From the NCBI GenBank assembly GCA_016196885.1, contig JACPWU010000011.1:30001-62000 (forward strand): DNA of 32,000 bases. Direction: 5' to 3'. The notes under the pieces were generated by a model, which worked only from the letters and a program-made list of their open reading frames with translations, was not told the DNA's origin and did not search any database. Positions 9,395-17,713 of the stretch are shown piece by piece (the stretch's first letter is position 1; each line of letters opens with the position of its first letter). The translations under genes were made by a program, and so were the position numbers. The DNA is from Chlamydiota bacterium. Lineage in GTDB: Bacteria > Auribacterota > JACPWU01.

Positions 9395-9411
9395 ATTTAG
9401 AAAATCTAAAT
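9395..9411. promoter_or_regulatory. 7-3-7 palindrome upstream of the TA pair (possible operator)
   Basis: atttaga-aaa-tctaaat lies 55-71 nt upstream of the TumE-like ATG. The words also resemble the attttag/aaaatct repeat words at 8079-8153, so it could be repeat-derived instead. Confidence 0.25.
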
Positions 9412-9443
9412 TGGGGAAGGTATTATTTTAACAACTGTCTTTC

Positions 9444-9968
9444 TCACTCCCAATTATTCACATCATCCCCATCCCCATTTTCGTTCACCCCATTGGGGCC
9501 TTGAGAATATAAATCATAGGTGTTCAAATTATTCACAGGAGGATATGCATAGTGATAAGCACTTTCCCAAGGGTCTAAAATTTCCTTCAAATCGTCATCC
9601 AAAGAACCCTCTCCATCAAAATCGCAAGCTGTTAAAACAGTCAGGCCAAGCTCCGCGCCCTGAAATTTCATATAAGGCCCTGCACTCCGAGAAGCATTGA
9701 CCCCTTTTACAAACGTGGCCCCCAAATAATAATAAAGGCATTCTGCACTGGATCGAGGGATACCCAAAATCTCATCGCTTGGGGGATACGCTCCAAAATC
9801 ATCTTCATACATTCTTAATGCAGCCCCGATAGAATCCATCATCAAATGAGCCCTAGAAAGATGCACCTTTTGCCGAGCCTTTAAAACCGCATTCAAAAGA
9901 AAGGCCATCACCACCCCCATGATAGACATCACAATCAAAACCTCTACGAGGGTATAAGCCTTCTTCAT
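9444..9968 (-). CDS. GspG-like pseudopilin (prepilin-type N-terminal cleavage/methylation domain)
   Basis: I chose the ATG at 9968, giving MKKAYTLVEVLIVMSIMGVV (the ORF-track start at 9983 is a TTG). It has a class III signal with the conserved Glu. The C-terminal ..DPWESAYHY...YSQGPNG..DDVNNW is GspG-like. There is an ATGA overlap with the upstream pseudopilin gene. Confidence 0.8.
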   Translation of the reverse strand: MKKAYTLVEVLIVMSIMGVVMAFLLNAVLKARQKVHLSRAHLMMDSIGAALRMYEDDFGAYPPSDEILGIPRSSAECLYYYLGATFVKGVNASRSAGPYMKFQGAELGLTVLTACDFDGEGSLDDDLKEILDPWESAYHYAYPPVNNLNTYDLYSQGPNGVNENGDGDDVNNWE

Positions 9969-10462
9969 CTTTTCCGACTCCAATTGTTGATATTGTCATC
10001 ATTCTCATCGCTGGGATCAGACGCACCATAAATATTTTCATCCAATTTCCAATTGGCATTGATCAAACGATCGGGTCCCGCCGAAGCCATATCCACAAAA
10101 TCCGGATGATTGAGACCCGGCTCGGCATAGTAATAAGGAATATTCCAGGGATCATAAAAAATATTCGATATCACACGCTTGCCAGGGAAAGCCATAAATT
10201 CCAAGAGTTGAGAAACCGGAACCAATTCTGTGAAACCGGAGGCCGCATAGGAATTGGGATATTCTCCATACTTTGCCTGATAACCTTCTAAAGCCAATTC
10301 TAATTTTGCAAGATCCGTTTGGGCCTCATGAATTCTCATCTTTTCAAAAGCCGTTTTTCCAACCGGAAGGAGAATGCCTAAAATGACAGCGATAATCATC
10401 ACGACCACCAACAACTCGATCACTGTAAAAGCGTTCTTGTGAAAACGACGGCTCTCGTCCAT
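9965..10462 (-). CDS. GspG-like pseudopilin
   Basis: 165 aa. The class III signal is MDESRRFHKNAFTVIELLVVVMIIAV. It also has ..YDPWNIPYYY...SAGPD...DDNINNW. Confidence 0.8.
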   Translation of the reverse strand: MDESRRFHKNAFTVIELLVVVMIIAVILGILLPVGKTAFEKMRIHEAQTDLAKLELALEGYQAKYGEYPNSYAASGFTELVPVSQLLEFMAFPGKRVISNIFYDPWNIPYYYAEPGLNHPDFVDMASAGPDRLINANWKLDENIYGASDPSDENDDNINNWSRKR

Positions 10463-10548
10463 ATATAAGAAGATCTCCGTATAGCCCTTCTTATATTTTA
10501 GCTGAAAAATGTTCTGGGGGTGAAAAAAAGGTGAGTTAACAACTTGGT

Positions 10549-11004
10549 TTACTTAACATTCACCAACTTAGAGGAACCCACGAAAAGGGTCAGTTCACCT
10601 AAGTCCAGCGTTTTGAAGGAATTAAAATCAGAATAGGATGCAATCACATATCCCGCAATGTCCTTCACGCTCACATCTTCAAGACTTGCAAGTTTTAAAA
10701 AACCTCTTAAACGCTCATCTTGGCCGCTAGCCCCTTCTAAAAGCTCCTCAGCAGTCTTTTCTTGATCATCGAGTGACAAGGCCTGAAACTTGCGAATTTG
10801 TTCATCAATATGAAATATAGTCTGAATAAAGGCCTGAAATCTCCCAACTTCTTTATTACCAACAGGTTGAGAAACTACAGAGAGAAAAGAACTCAGACTG
10901 TTTTCATCCACGTTAGAAGCTTGGGCTTCACAGCAAAACTGAAATCCAATCAAACTCACGATTAACCACAAATACCTTAAACCTTTGAGTACTTTTGTGC
11001 TCAT
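10549..11004 (-). CDS. hypothetical exported protein
   Basis: 151 aa with an ATG start and the signal-peptide-like N-terminus MSTKVLKGLRYLWLIVSLIGFQFCCEAQA. I recognise no motif. Confidence 0.6.
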   Translation of the reverse strand: MSTKVLKGLRYLWLIVSLIGFQFCCEAQASNVDENSLSSFLSVVSQPVGNKEVGRFQAFIQTIFHIDEQIRKFQALSLDDQEKTAEELLEGASGQDERLRGFLKLASLEDVSVKDIAGYVIASYSDFNSFKTLDLGELTLFVGSSKLVNVK

Positions 11005-11075
11005 CCTCGTTCAATCTCCTTTGCATATATAGACCCCTCTGGACTCGAAAAGATTAAATAAAAAATGAAAAATTT

Positions 11076-11100
11076 TAACTCATTCTATTAGAATGAGTTA
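11076..11100. promoter_or_regulatory. perfect 25-bp palindrome, operator-like (TAACTCATTCT-N3-AGAATGAGTTA)
   Basis: taactcattct-att-agaatgagtta lies 72-96 nt upstream of the ATG at 11004. The same half-site and spacing recur at 17714-17738. Confidence 0.45.
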
Positions 11101-11114
11101 TGTATAAAAAATTT

Positions 11115-11252
11115 GGCATATGCACTTGATTCCCCTTAGATAGCAAGCGCCATGGCAAGAAGTTGTAGTCGCCCCATTCATGGGGCTGTGCCCCTTGCAT
11201 GGGTTTGCCCGATGAATCGGGCGACTACAAAGGAGAATCAAGTGCATATGCC
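11115..11252. repeat. nested palindrome: 18-bp outer inverted repeat enclosing an expanded GTAG element (11163-11230)
   Basis: The outer arms are ggcatatgcacttgattc (11115-11132) and gaatcaagtgcatatgcc (11235-11252). The inner element is ttgtagtcgccccattcatggggctgtgccccttgcatgggtttgcccgatgaatcgggcgactacaa. That equals copy 1 with one substitution and an extra ~20-bp hairpin. Confidence 0.85.
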
Positions 11253-11333
11253 TATAAAAAATGAACGTCATCTGGAGAAAAAGCTCTGATGAAAATCAAG
11301 AGAAGAAGATCTAATCCTTAAACACTCACGCAC

Positions 11334-12662
11334 TTAGAAATACGCCTTTAACCCCCAACGAACAATGTGATCTTGCAAATCCTCGCTTGGGAAATCCGTA
11401 TCACGCTCCTGAAAGCTATACCCTGCCTCAACACTCAGCCAACTGAAAATAATTCTCCTCACATCCAGCGACGCATTGTAAAGCTCCGTGTCCTGATCCT
11501 CTGTGATGGAAGAGAGCAAAACATTGCTTTTATCAAAAGATTGGAGTTCATAACTCCCCTTCAAAATCAGAACCGTTTTCTTCGTCAAATAATGCTGAAA
11601 CACAAGAGAGAAACGGGTGGAGTTGTATTGCGTAAATTCAGAGCGTGAAGAATCCTGAAGTGACGAGCTGGCTGTAAAAATAAAAGTAGTATAGCGCGAA
11701 AAAGTAGAGGTAAGGCCCCCTACAATATCCAGATGATTGTCATCTGGAGAAGGGAGCGAACAGTTACATTCATCAAAGTCTTTCTCATCATAAGTGAATT
11801 TCAAATCGGCATTGAAAAGGTTGGGAAATTTTTTCTTAAAGCCCCCCGAATATAAATTGCTGAAAGAATCCTTCTCCTCAACTTCTGGAAAATTCATCTC
11901 CCTCAGGGCATATCCGCCGGTGAGAAAAAGGGTTGGGTTTATTTCAAATTCAAGATTTGAGATAAATCCATGAGCCTCTCGATCCACAGGATCATCCAAA
12001 TCTTTATCATCCACATCAATCTGATCATACTGATAAGAGAACTCTGAGACCCACCTCTGGGCAAGTTGCATTTTAACTTGGGGTTGAACGGAGATGATGT
12101 CATAGCCCAGCTGCAAAATCCGATCCCCAAAAAAAGTGGCAACTTTGCTTTCCTCCGTCACATCCCAACTGGCACGGCTCCCCACCGCAAAACGGGCATT
12201 GGGAGTCAAAAAGGCCAATCCTGAAAGGCTGTTAGATTGAACAATTTCATCTGAAGACGCATAATAGGCGTAGCGGCCAATCCACTCTGATTCGATATAA
12301 CCTAGATCCCCTCCAAAATGAAGATTGACATCGGGATTTAGCAGCGTCACAAAATCATTTTCTTCTTCATCTTCATCCAGAAAAATATTGCTGTCCCAAT
12401 ATTCGGAAACTCCCAGGACGGTACTGAAATGATCCTTGTAAAATTTTTTAAGACTCATGGGAGCCCGGGAAGGCTTTTCTTTTTTCTCTCCCGGAACAGG
12501 TTTCTCCTCAGGCTCTCCAACCGATTCTTGCTCCAAATCTTCAGAACTCCCAGAAAGAGTTTCGCTGGGTAAATCCTGCCTTTTTAAATCGGTGGCTCGA
12601 GAAGATGTGATGGAAAGTAAAAGAAAGGAGAGCAAAATCGCAAAAGTTTTCTCCCCCCGCAT
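11334..12662 (-). CDS. outer-membrane beta-barrel protein (family unknown)
   Basis: 442 aa. It has the signal peptide MRGEKTFAILLSFLLLSITSSRA, an acidic low-complexity linker, an alternating hydrophobic strand pattern, and a terminal ...GLKAYF with a C-terminal Phe typical of BAM substrates. Confidence 0.7.
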   Translation of the reverse strand: MRGEKTFAILLSFLLLSITSSRATDLKRQDLPSETLSGSSEDLEQESVGEPEEKPVPGEKKEKPSRAPMSLKKFYKDHFSTVLGVSEYWDSNIFLDEDEEENDFVTLLNPDVNLHFGGDLGYIESEWIGRYAYYASSDEIVQSNSLSGLAFLTPNARFAVGSRASWDVTEESKVATFFGDRILQLGYDIISVQPQVKMQLAQRWVSEFSYQYDQIDVDDKDLDDPVDREAHGFISNLEFEINPTLFLTGGYALREMNFPEVEEKDSFSNLYSGGFKKKFPNLFNADLKFTYDEKDFDECNCSLPSPDDNHLDIVGGLTSTFSRYTTFIFTASSSLQDSSRSEFTQYNSTRFSLVFQHYLTKKTVLILKGSYELQSFDKSNVLLSSITEDQDTELYNASLDVRRIIFSWLSVEAGYSFQERDTDFPSEDLQDHIVRWGLKAYF

Positions 12663-12759
12663 GAATCCCCCCTTTTTTGAAGTCAGAAGGATAATATCAA
12701 TTTCAATGATCCTTCGAGATCATCGTGTGTGATGAAAGTTCTCCCCATCATGCTTTTTC

Positions 12760-12806
12760 TGTAGTCGCCCGATTCATCGGGCAGCCCCATAAATGGGGCG
12801 ACTACA
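12760..12806 (-). repeat. 47-bp GTAG-headed Y-shaped element, copy 3 (inverted)
   Basis: tgtagtcgcccgattcatcgggcagccccataaatggggcgactaca is the exact reverse complement of 7648-7694. Confidence 0.9.
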
Positions 12807-12876
12807 GAATGAGCTTCACTTTCATAGCAAGATAATATCAAAAATTACTTTTCTTGAGAAAGAATAAATTTAAAAC

Positions 12877-13641
12877 TTATCCTTTATTCTTAGGCGAGGG
12901 AAGTGACGGACCTGAACCTGAAGGACCCCCCGAACCACTTCCAGCATTGCTCCCTATGCCTGAAGAAGAGGAGGAGGAATCAGAGGAAGATAACGGCCCA
13001 GAAGATGATGAGGAACCTTCCCCTATGTTCGAACCCAAACCAGAAGAGCCCCTAGAGGAGGAGGATCCCCCACTTCCAGAACCACCACTGGACGAGCTGA
13101 TAGATTCTCCTAAATCACGAATGGCAGAGGTGAGACTTCCCTCTGAACTATTTGAGGCAATACCTTCCAAACGGCTTCGAATGACGCCCGGTTCAAAACT
13201 GCCTAACACAGTCCCGCTTCCCTTGAAATTTTCAACCACACCCAATGTTGAAAAAGTCGAAACATACTGAATGCTGAAATTCTCTCCATCAAAAAGAAGG
13301 AGGGCCTGAACCTTGGGGACAGCGACAAGATCCCCGGCTACAGAACTAAAATCGCCTGTAAGGGGCATCAAATTAGGATTGGTAAGATTTAAGACAGCTT
13401 GCTTCACAATGTCCTTAAAATCATCTTTTAATATTTGAGCTTCCTGTCGAGAAAGATAAACATACGACCCTAAATCACGAATCGCAGCTCTCAAATGGAT
13501 GGCGGGAAGAATCTTTGCAATCTCTGGGTTAGCCTTCAAACTATCTTTAAAACTTCCCACGGACTCCTCCCTGGCCCAGGCCCCTGAATAAATCATGAAC
13601 CCACTCAAGATCACTGATAGCATTTTTAAGGTTGCTTTCAT
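12877..13641 (-). CDS. hypothetical exported protein with Ser/Gly-rich C-terminal tail
   Basis: 254 aa with the signal peptide MKATLKMLSVILSGFMIYSGAWA. A ~170-aa domain is followed by a ~70-aa S/G low-complexity tail. The motif AIRDLG occurs twice. Confidence 0.65.
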   Translation of the reverse strand: MKATLKMLSVILSGFMIYSGAWAREESVGSFKDSLKANPEIAKILPAIHLRAAIRDLGSYVYLSRQEAQILKDDFKDIVKQAVLNLTNPNLMPLTGDFSSVAGDLVAVPKVQALLLFDGENFSIQYVSTFSTLGVVENFKGSGTVLGSFEPGVIRSRLEGIASNSSEGSLTSAIRDLGESISSSSGGSGSGGSSSSRGSSGLGSNIGEGSSSSSGPLSSSDSSSSSSGIGSNAGSGSGGPSGSGPSLPSPKNKG

Positions 13642-13671
13642 AATTTTGATCCCTTCTTGTCCTCGTCCTCT

Positions 13672-14214
13672 TTATTTTCCAAATCTGAGCGAGGTCAGAA
13701 ATTCCTGAATATGCACATGCCCACTCACCCGGTGTTCTCCCCGCTTCACTCGATAATGAAAACCAAACGGACATTGGGGAATCTCCCCGGCGAAGAATCT
13801 TGGATCTCGAAAAAGCTCGTCTAAAGTCTCCCAGCGCCCATCCTTTTCATATTGATCTTGCCAGGCCTCATGGATGACCCTGATCACCTTGTGACAAAAA
13901 CCAACCCCTGTTTTATAAACTTCTTTTTCCTGCCCGGAAAGTTTGGACATGATGACAATGTAATCTTCTTCTGTCAAACCCGCACGAGCTTGCCAACCTT
14001 TCAAAGGACTGATTCCAAAAAGCTCTAAGGTATTAATGTAATCCTTCGTCAACGGGGCAGGTGGCAAATAACTCTGAAGGTTTAAAACATTGATCAATTG
14101 AACAGCAAATTCTCCCTGACTGATCCCATAGCCTGATTCTTCAGATGAAGCAGGAAGAACAGCCACTAGAAAAAAAACAAACATTAAAAGAGACCCTATG
14201 AACCCCCTCATCAT
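13672..14214 (-). CDS. hypothetical exported protein
   Basis: 180 aa with the signal peptide MMRGFIGSLLMFVFFLVAVLPASS. A strong AAGGAGG sits 5 nt upstream of the ATG. Confidence 0.65.
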   Translation of the reverse strand: MMRGFIGSLLMFVFFLVAVLPASSEESGYGISQGEFAVQLINVLNLQSYLPPAPLTKDYINTLELFGISPLKGWQARAGLTEEDYIVIMSKLSGQEKEVYKTGVGFCHKVIRVIHEAWQDQYEKDGRWETLDELFRDPRFFAGEIPQCPFGFHYRVKRGEHRVSGHVHIQEFLTSLRFGK

Positions 14215-14230
14215 TCTCCTCCTTTTTTAG

Positions 14231-14280
14231 AGCGTTCAGAGGACAAAAAAATATTTCTTATCATCCATACGCTGAACGCT
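14231..14280. repeat. short AGCGTTCAG / CTGAACGCT hairpin (same words as 4001-4080 and 19064-19150)
   Basis: A 9-bp stem joins agcgttcag (14231-14239) and ctgaacgct (14272-14280). It lies between the 730-aa and 180-aa genes. Confidence 0.7.
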
Positions 14281-14287
14281 TCATCCA

Positions 14288-16480
14288 TCATTTTGCCCCG
14301 CCCTGCCCAGAAGACCCAGAGGCATCTGCTGGATGTTCCATCGGTTCCCTAGAGGGAGCTACCTGAACAGGCGCATTCGAATTTAAAAGCCCTTGATTCA
14401 TCAAATCTTCCATGGGTAAAAACTTGGGTTCTTGCGAGAGGATAATCGGATGAACATCTTTCAACGTTAATTGATTTCCCGGAATCCTCTGGGCCAAATC
14501 ACTCAATTTTTGAAAAGTCTTTTCCTCAAAACGAGGAACCTCCTGTCTGGCCTTATCTTTTAACATATTGACGTCTACTTCAGGATACAAACTTTTCAAT
14601 TTTTGAAAAGTTCTCACCCATTTTTGAACAGCAACAGCCCTCTCGGTGTATTCTTCCAGTGTAGGCTCTCGGGACGCAGGCTTAGACAAAATAGACATTT
14701 GGCGAGACAACTGATTTTTGAGATCGTTAAGCCCTGAGGGAATCATACCTCTGTGGAATTTTTCAGCGGATAAAATATTTTCTCTTGCAAAAATTTGAAT
14801 GCTAAAAGATCGAAGGATTTTTTCAACTCCTCCAAAGGAATTTCGATAAATTTTCCAAGCCTGCGAAAAAGGCAAAGGCACTTTTGTTTGAATCACCCAT
14901 TTTTCTTCTCCTATTATTTTGGAAACTTTTCCCTTCAACGGCAGAATTCCCTCAAAAAGTGTATACGAAGGCTGACGAGAGATCAACTGCGTTCGCATCT
15001 GTGTTCCATAAGATTCATGCTGGAGCACTTTCCAATAAAGGTTGCTCTCCATCCAAAGATCGAAGAAAAACGCTTTAATAGATTCTCCACCCACTTCAAA
15101 ACGATCAAACACCCGAGAAGGTAAAGGAATAAAGGCAGGCTCGATTTTTGCCCTCTTCCCCTTCTTTGCTTGGATCGGACGTTGCAAGGGGACCCCTTCT
15201 AATTCTCCTAACCGCCTTTCCTCATGCATGCCTAAAATCACGACTCTCAGATGTGAAAGAATGTCATAATAAAATTCTCGATATTCATAAATGGCCCTTT
15301 CTGGAAATTGAACGGCGTGATATTCTTCAAGAGGTCGTCTGAAAATATCTTTTCCAAAGGGAACTGTCTCCTCATAGCGAGTCACATCCTCCCGCAAAGA
15401 GCTAGAAATAGTAGGCAAGGCCTCTCGTTTGAATGAGTCAGGAAGGCTCGCCTGGCTGATGGGGGTGTTGCCCTGCGAGGTGTAATGGATCCCCGTCACA
15501 TTTTCAAAGGGCTTCAATTCAAGTTCTAGTCCCAAGGTGCGTGCATTGGAATTTAAAACCCCGGCCAAGCCAAAGGCATCCCCTGTTAAGAATGAAAGGG
15601 CATGAATCCCAACGCTGCGATCAAACTCATGAATCATCTGGGCATATTTATTCGGTAACAAATCCTCAAGGTCTGTCACGGTGTGATCTAGGGTGCGAAC
15701 CGTCGTCCCCGTCACATCGCCCGTCGTAATATTGAAAGGTGTGGTGGTCTCTTCAAGCGTCCAACCCAGAGGTCGGCGCTGCTGGATGTCATTCGTGATG
15801 TCTTGAATGACACTGATCTTCTGATGCGTCTTCGTGGAAGACGTCTCTACGATCTCGTCCGTCACCTCTTCAAAATGAACGAGAAGGCCGTGAACGTCCA
15901 GTGTTTGCGTAGTCACAACGGTTTGAGTCGTGGTTTTACCCGGCTCTTCCTTCACAATTACATCGGTAAATTTAAGAGGAATGTTAAAATCAAAATCCAT
16001 TTCTTGAGTCGTCCTTATAATGGTTTCGATGAGGGTAATAATGCTTCCATCGTCTTGGACCTCTTTGTATTGAACCTTCTCTGTAAAATCCATTAGAACC
16101 CACGGACGATCTAGATCAAAACGATTGGCTGTGAAATTCGTCTGGGAACATCCGGGAAATCCCTCCACGCAAGTCGTCTCTTGGAAACTTTGGACGCGGT
16201 CTAGAATGTCGTATTGAAGGGTGCGGTCTTGCGTGTATTTCATCAGGCCACCATCTTGAGTGGTCAGCGTGTGATTTTCATCAAAGTGAACGTATCGGCC
16301 CAAAATATCGATATCCCCCGGGCGACTGGCATTGAATTCAAAAATATCGCGAACCCCATGAGGGGTCCGGTCGAAGGTGTATTTCGTCAATGTCTCCGAG
16401 TCGTCATACTCCATGTCGAAGGCCCGCTCGGTAAAGCGCTCCGAACTCTTCCCTTGAAAAGACTCTGGGAGACGACCCAA
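14288..16480 (-). CDS. large hypothetical protein, probably the C-terminal ~730 aa of a split ~1,080-aa gene
   Basis: This long ORF has no motif I recognise and no signal peptide. The ORF-track start is a TTG at 16480, preceded by AGGTGA. The first ATG is at 16414. The frame opens only at 16498, inside the end of the upstream ORF. Confidence 0.65.
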   Translation of the reverse strand: MGRLPESFQGKSSERFTERAFDMEYDDSETLTKYTFDRTPHGVRDIFEFNASRPGDIDILGRYVHFDENHTLTTQDGGLMKYTQDRTLQYDILDRVQSFQETTCVEGFPGCSQTNFTANRFDLDRPWVLMDFTEKVQYKEVQDDGSIITLIETIIRTTQEMDFDFNIPLKFTDVIVKEEPGKTTTQTVVTTQTLDVHGLLVHFEEVTDEIVETSSTKTHQKISVIQDITNDIQQRRPLGWTLEETTTPFNITTGDVTGTTVRTLDHTVTDLEDLLPNKYAQMIHEFDRSVGIHALSFLTGDAFGLAGVLNSNARTLGLELELKPFENVTGIHYTSQGNTPISQASLPDSFKREALPTISSSLREDVTRYEETVPFGKDIFRRPLEEYHAVQFPERAIYEYREFYYDILSHLRVVILGMHEERRLGELEGVPLQRPIQAKKGKRAKIEPAFIPLPSRVFDRFEVGGESIKAFFFDLWMESNLYWKVLQHESYGTQMRTQLISRQPSYTLFEGILPLKGKVSKIIGEEKWVIQTKVPLPFSQAWKIYRNSFGGVEKILRSFSIQIFARENILSAEKFHRGMIPSGLNDLKNQLSRQMSILSKPASREPTLEEYTERAVAVQKWVRTFQKLKSLYPEVDVNMLKDKARQEVPRFEEKTFQKLSDLAQRIPGNQLTLKDVHPIILSQEPKFLPMEDLMNQGLLNSNAPVQVAPSREPMEHPADASGSSGQGGAK

Positions 16481-17517
16481 ATCAAAATCACCTGTCCTTT
16501 AAACTCTCCTTCGGTGAAATATTGGATGTTGGAAACTTCTTCTCTTGCTATTTTGCCACTGGGCTCTGTCACTTCCTCGAAATAAGAACTGTAGTGATTG
16601 GCAAGACACTCCGGGCACTCCGTCCCCTCATAAAGCCCATGCGCCTGAAAATGTGTCAGGGTCTTGACGTCCTCTCCCTGTGACTGGGGAACTTCTTGAT
16701 CTAAAAGATCCCTCAATTCAGCCGTTCGATATTCATGGAGGACATATTCCTTCACGGTTTGAGGTGTGGGGGTCTCATTTGCCACCACATCCTCAATAAA
16801 ATAATCCATGAACCCGGCCTGAAAGGTTTTGATGCCGGCCTCTTTGGCCACACGATCTATGTCCTTTTGAAGGGAACCCTCAAGGTCCTTTAAATAGGGG
16901 TTGGTCCCTTGCATTCCCACCTGAAAATCTAAAAGGAGCGGGCTTTCCATTCTTTTCGTTTGGTCTGGAAATCCAACCCGAGCCACAGGGGCCCCCATAA
17001 AGTAATAGGTCGTGGGAACCACATCTCTGCCGTCCACTTTTTGCGTCTTCTCGTGAACATAGAAAAGACCGGCAGCAGAAATGCGAGCCATTTCCGTCTG
17101 AGAAGCTTTCTCTAGAGAAGCATGCGTTTTGGCCAGGTTGTATTGATTCATCAGGGTGGCCTGCTTTAAAGCAATGGAAGCGGTTTCACCTGAAGTAGAG
17201 GAAGAGGTGTTGGCTTTTTGTCCCAGGCGTTTCACCGATGAATCCAACGGATTCTGACGATTTCTTAAAATTTCCTGTCGAGTGAAATCCTCTCTCAGTT
17301 TTTCTTCGTAAGCAGTCTGGCGACGGGCTTGTGCAAGGGATTTTCCCTCTGAAGAAAGCCTGTTACGAGCGCCGTAGGATAGGAGATCATCCGAAGAAGA
17401 TTGATTGTAAGCAAGGTCAAGATCAGCGCCCCAGCCGATTTGAGCAAAAATAAAAAAAAGCGCACAGGTTAACTTTAGCGTTTCCTTCTTTCTCTTCCCA
17501 GCAGCTAAAAACTTCAT
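16387..17517 (-). CDS. hypothetical exported protein, probably the N-terminal part of the same split gene
   Basis: I chose the ATG at 17517 (MKFLAAGKRKKETLKLTCALFFIFAQIGWGADL, signal-like). The ORF-track start at 17529 is a TTG. The last ~30 residues (VILIWVVSQSLFKGRVRSALPSGPSTWSMTTRRH) look out of frame. Confidence 0.6.
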   Translation of the reverse strand: MKFLAAGKRKKETLKLTCALFFIFAQIGWGADLDLAYNQSSSDDLLSYGARNRLSSEGKSLAQARRQTAYEEKLREDFTRQEILRNRQNPLDSSVKRLGQKANTSSSTSGETASIALKQATLMNQYNLAKTHASLEKASQTEMARISAAGLFYVHEKTQKVDGRDVVPTTYYFMGAPVARVGFPDQTKRMESPLLLDFQVGMQGTNPYLKDLEGSLQKDIDRVAKEAGIKTFQAGFMDYFIEDVVANETPTPQTVKEYVLHEYRTAELRDLLDQEVPQSQGEDVKTLTHFQAHGLYEGTECPECLANHYSSYFEEVTEPSGKIAREEVSNIQYFTEGEFKGQVILIWVVSQSLFKGRVRSALPSGPSTWSMTTRRH

Positions 17518-17713
17518 TGAAGGCCTCAATGGTTTTCACCCAAGAAGCATTTGCTTTTCAGGTACCCGCCGACATGAATAAAAATAAATGAACGGCTGAG
17601 TAACTACTTCCTCGTTCCCACTCACGAAGAGAAAACTCTAAAGGATGTATCCCTTTTAATTTAACACCTAGAGGGGGGTGTGTCAAGAAAGGGGGGGATG
17701 AAATTTAAATCTT

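Noticed and set aside
12854-13270. 138-aa plus-strand ORF rich in Glu/Pro (..EEEEEESEEDNGPEDDEEP..)
   Set aside because: It is the antisense shadow of the Ser/Gly-rich tail of the minus-strand gene at 12877-13641. The low-complexity region keeps both strands open. It has no independent start context.
16387-16498. Programmed -1 ribosomal frameshift joining the 380-aa and 730-aa ORFs
   Set aside because: The required shift is -1, but no X XXY YYZ slippery heptamer lies in the correct frame within the overlap. TTTAAAG and ATTTGGG are both out of register. A homopolymer indel or genuinely separate genes are more likely, so the frame change is reported as a finding without claiming recoding.
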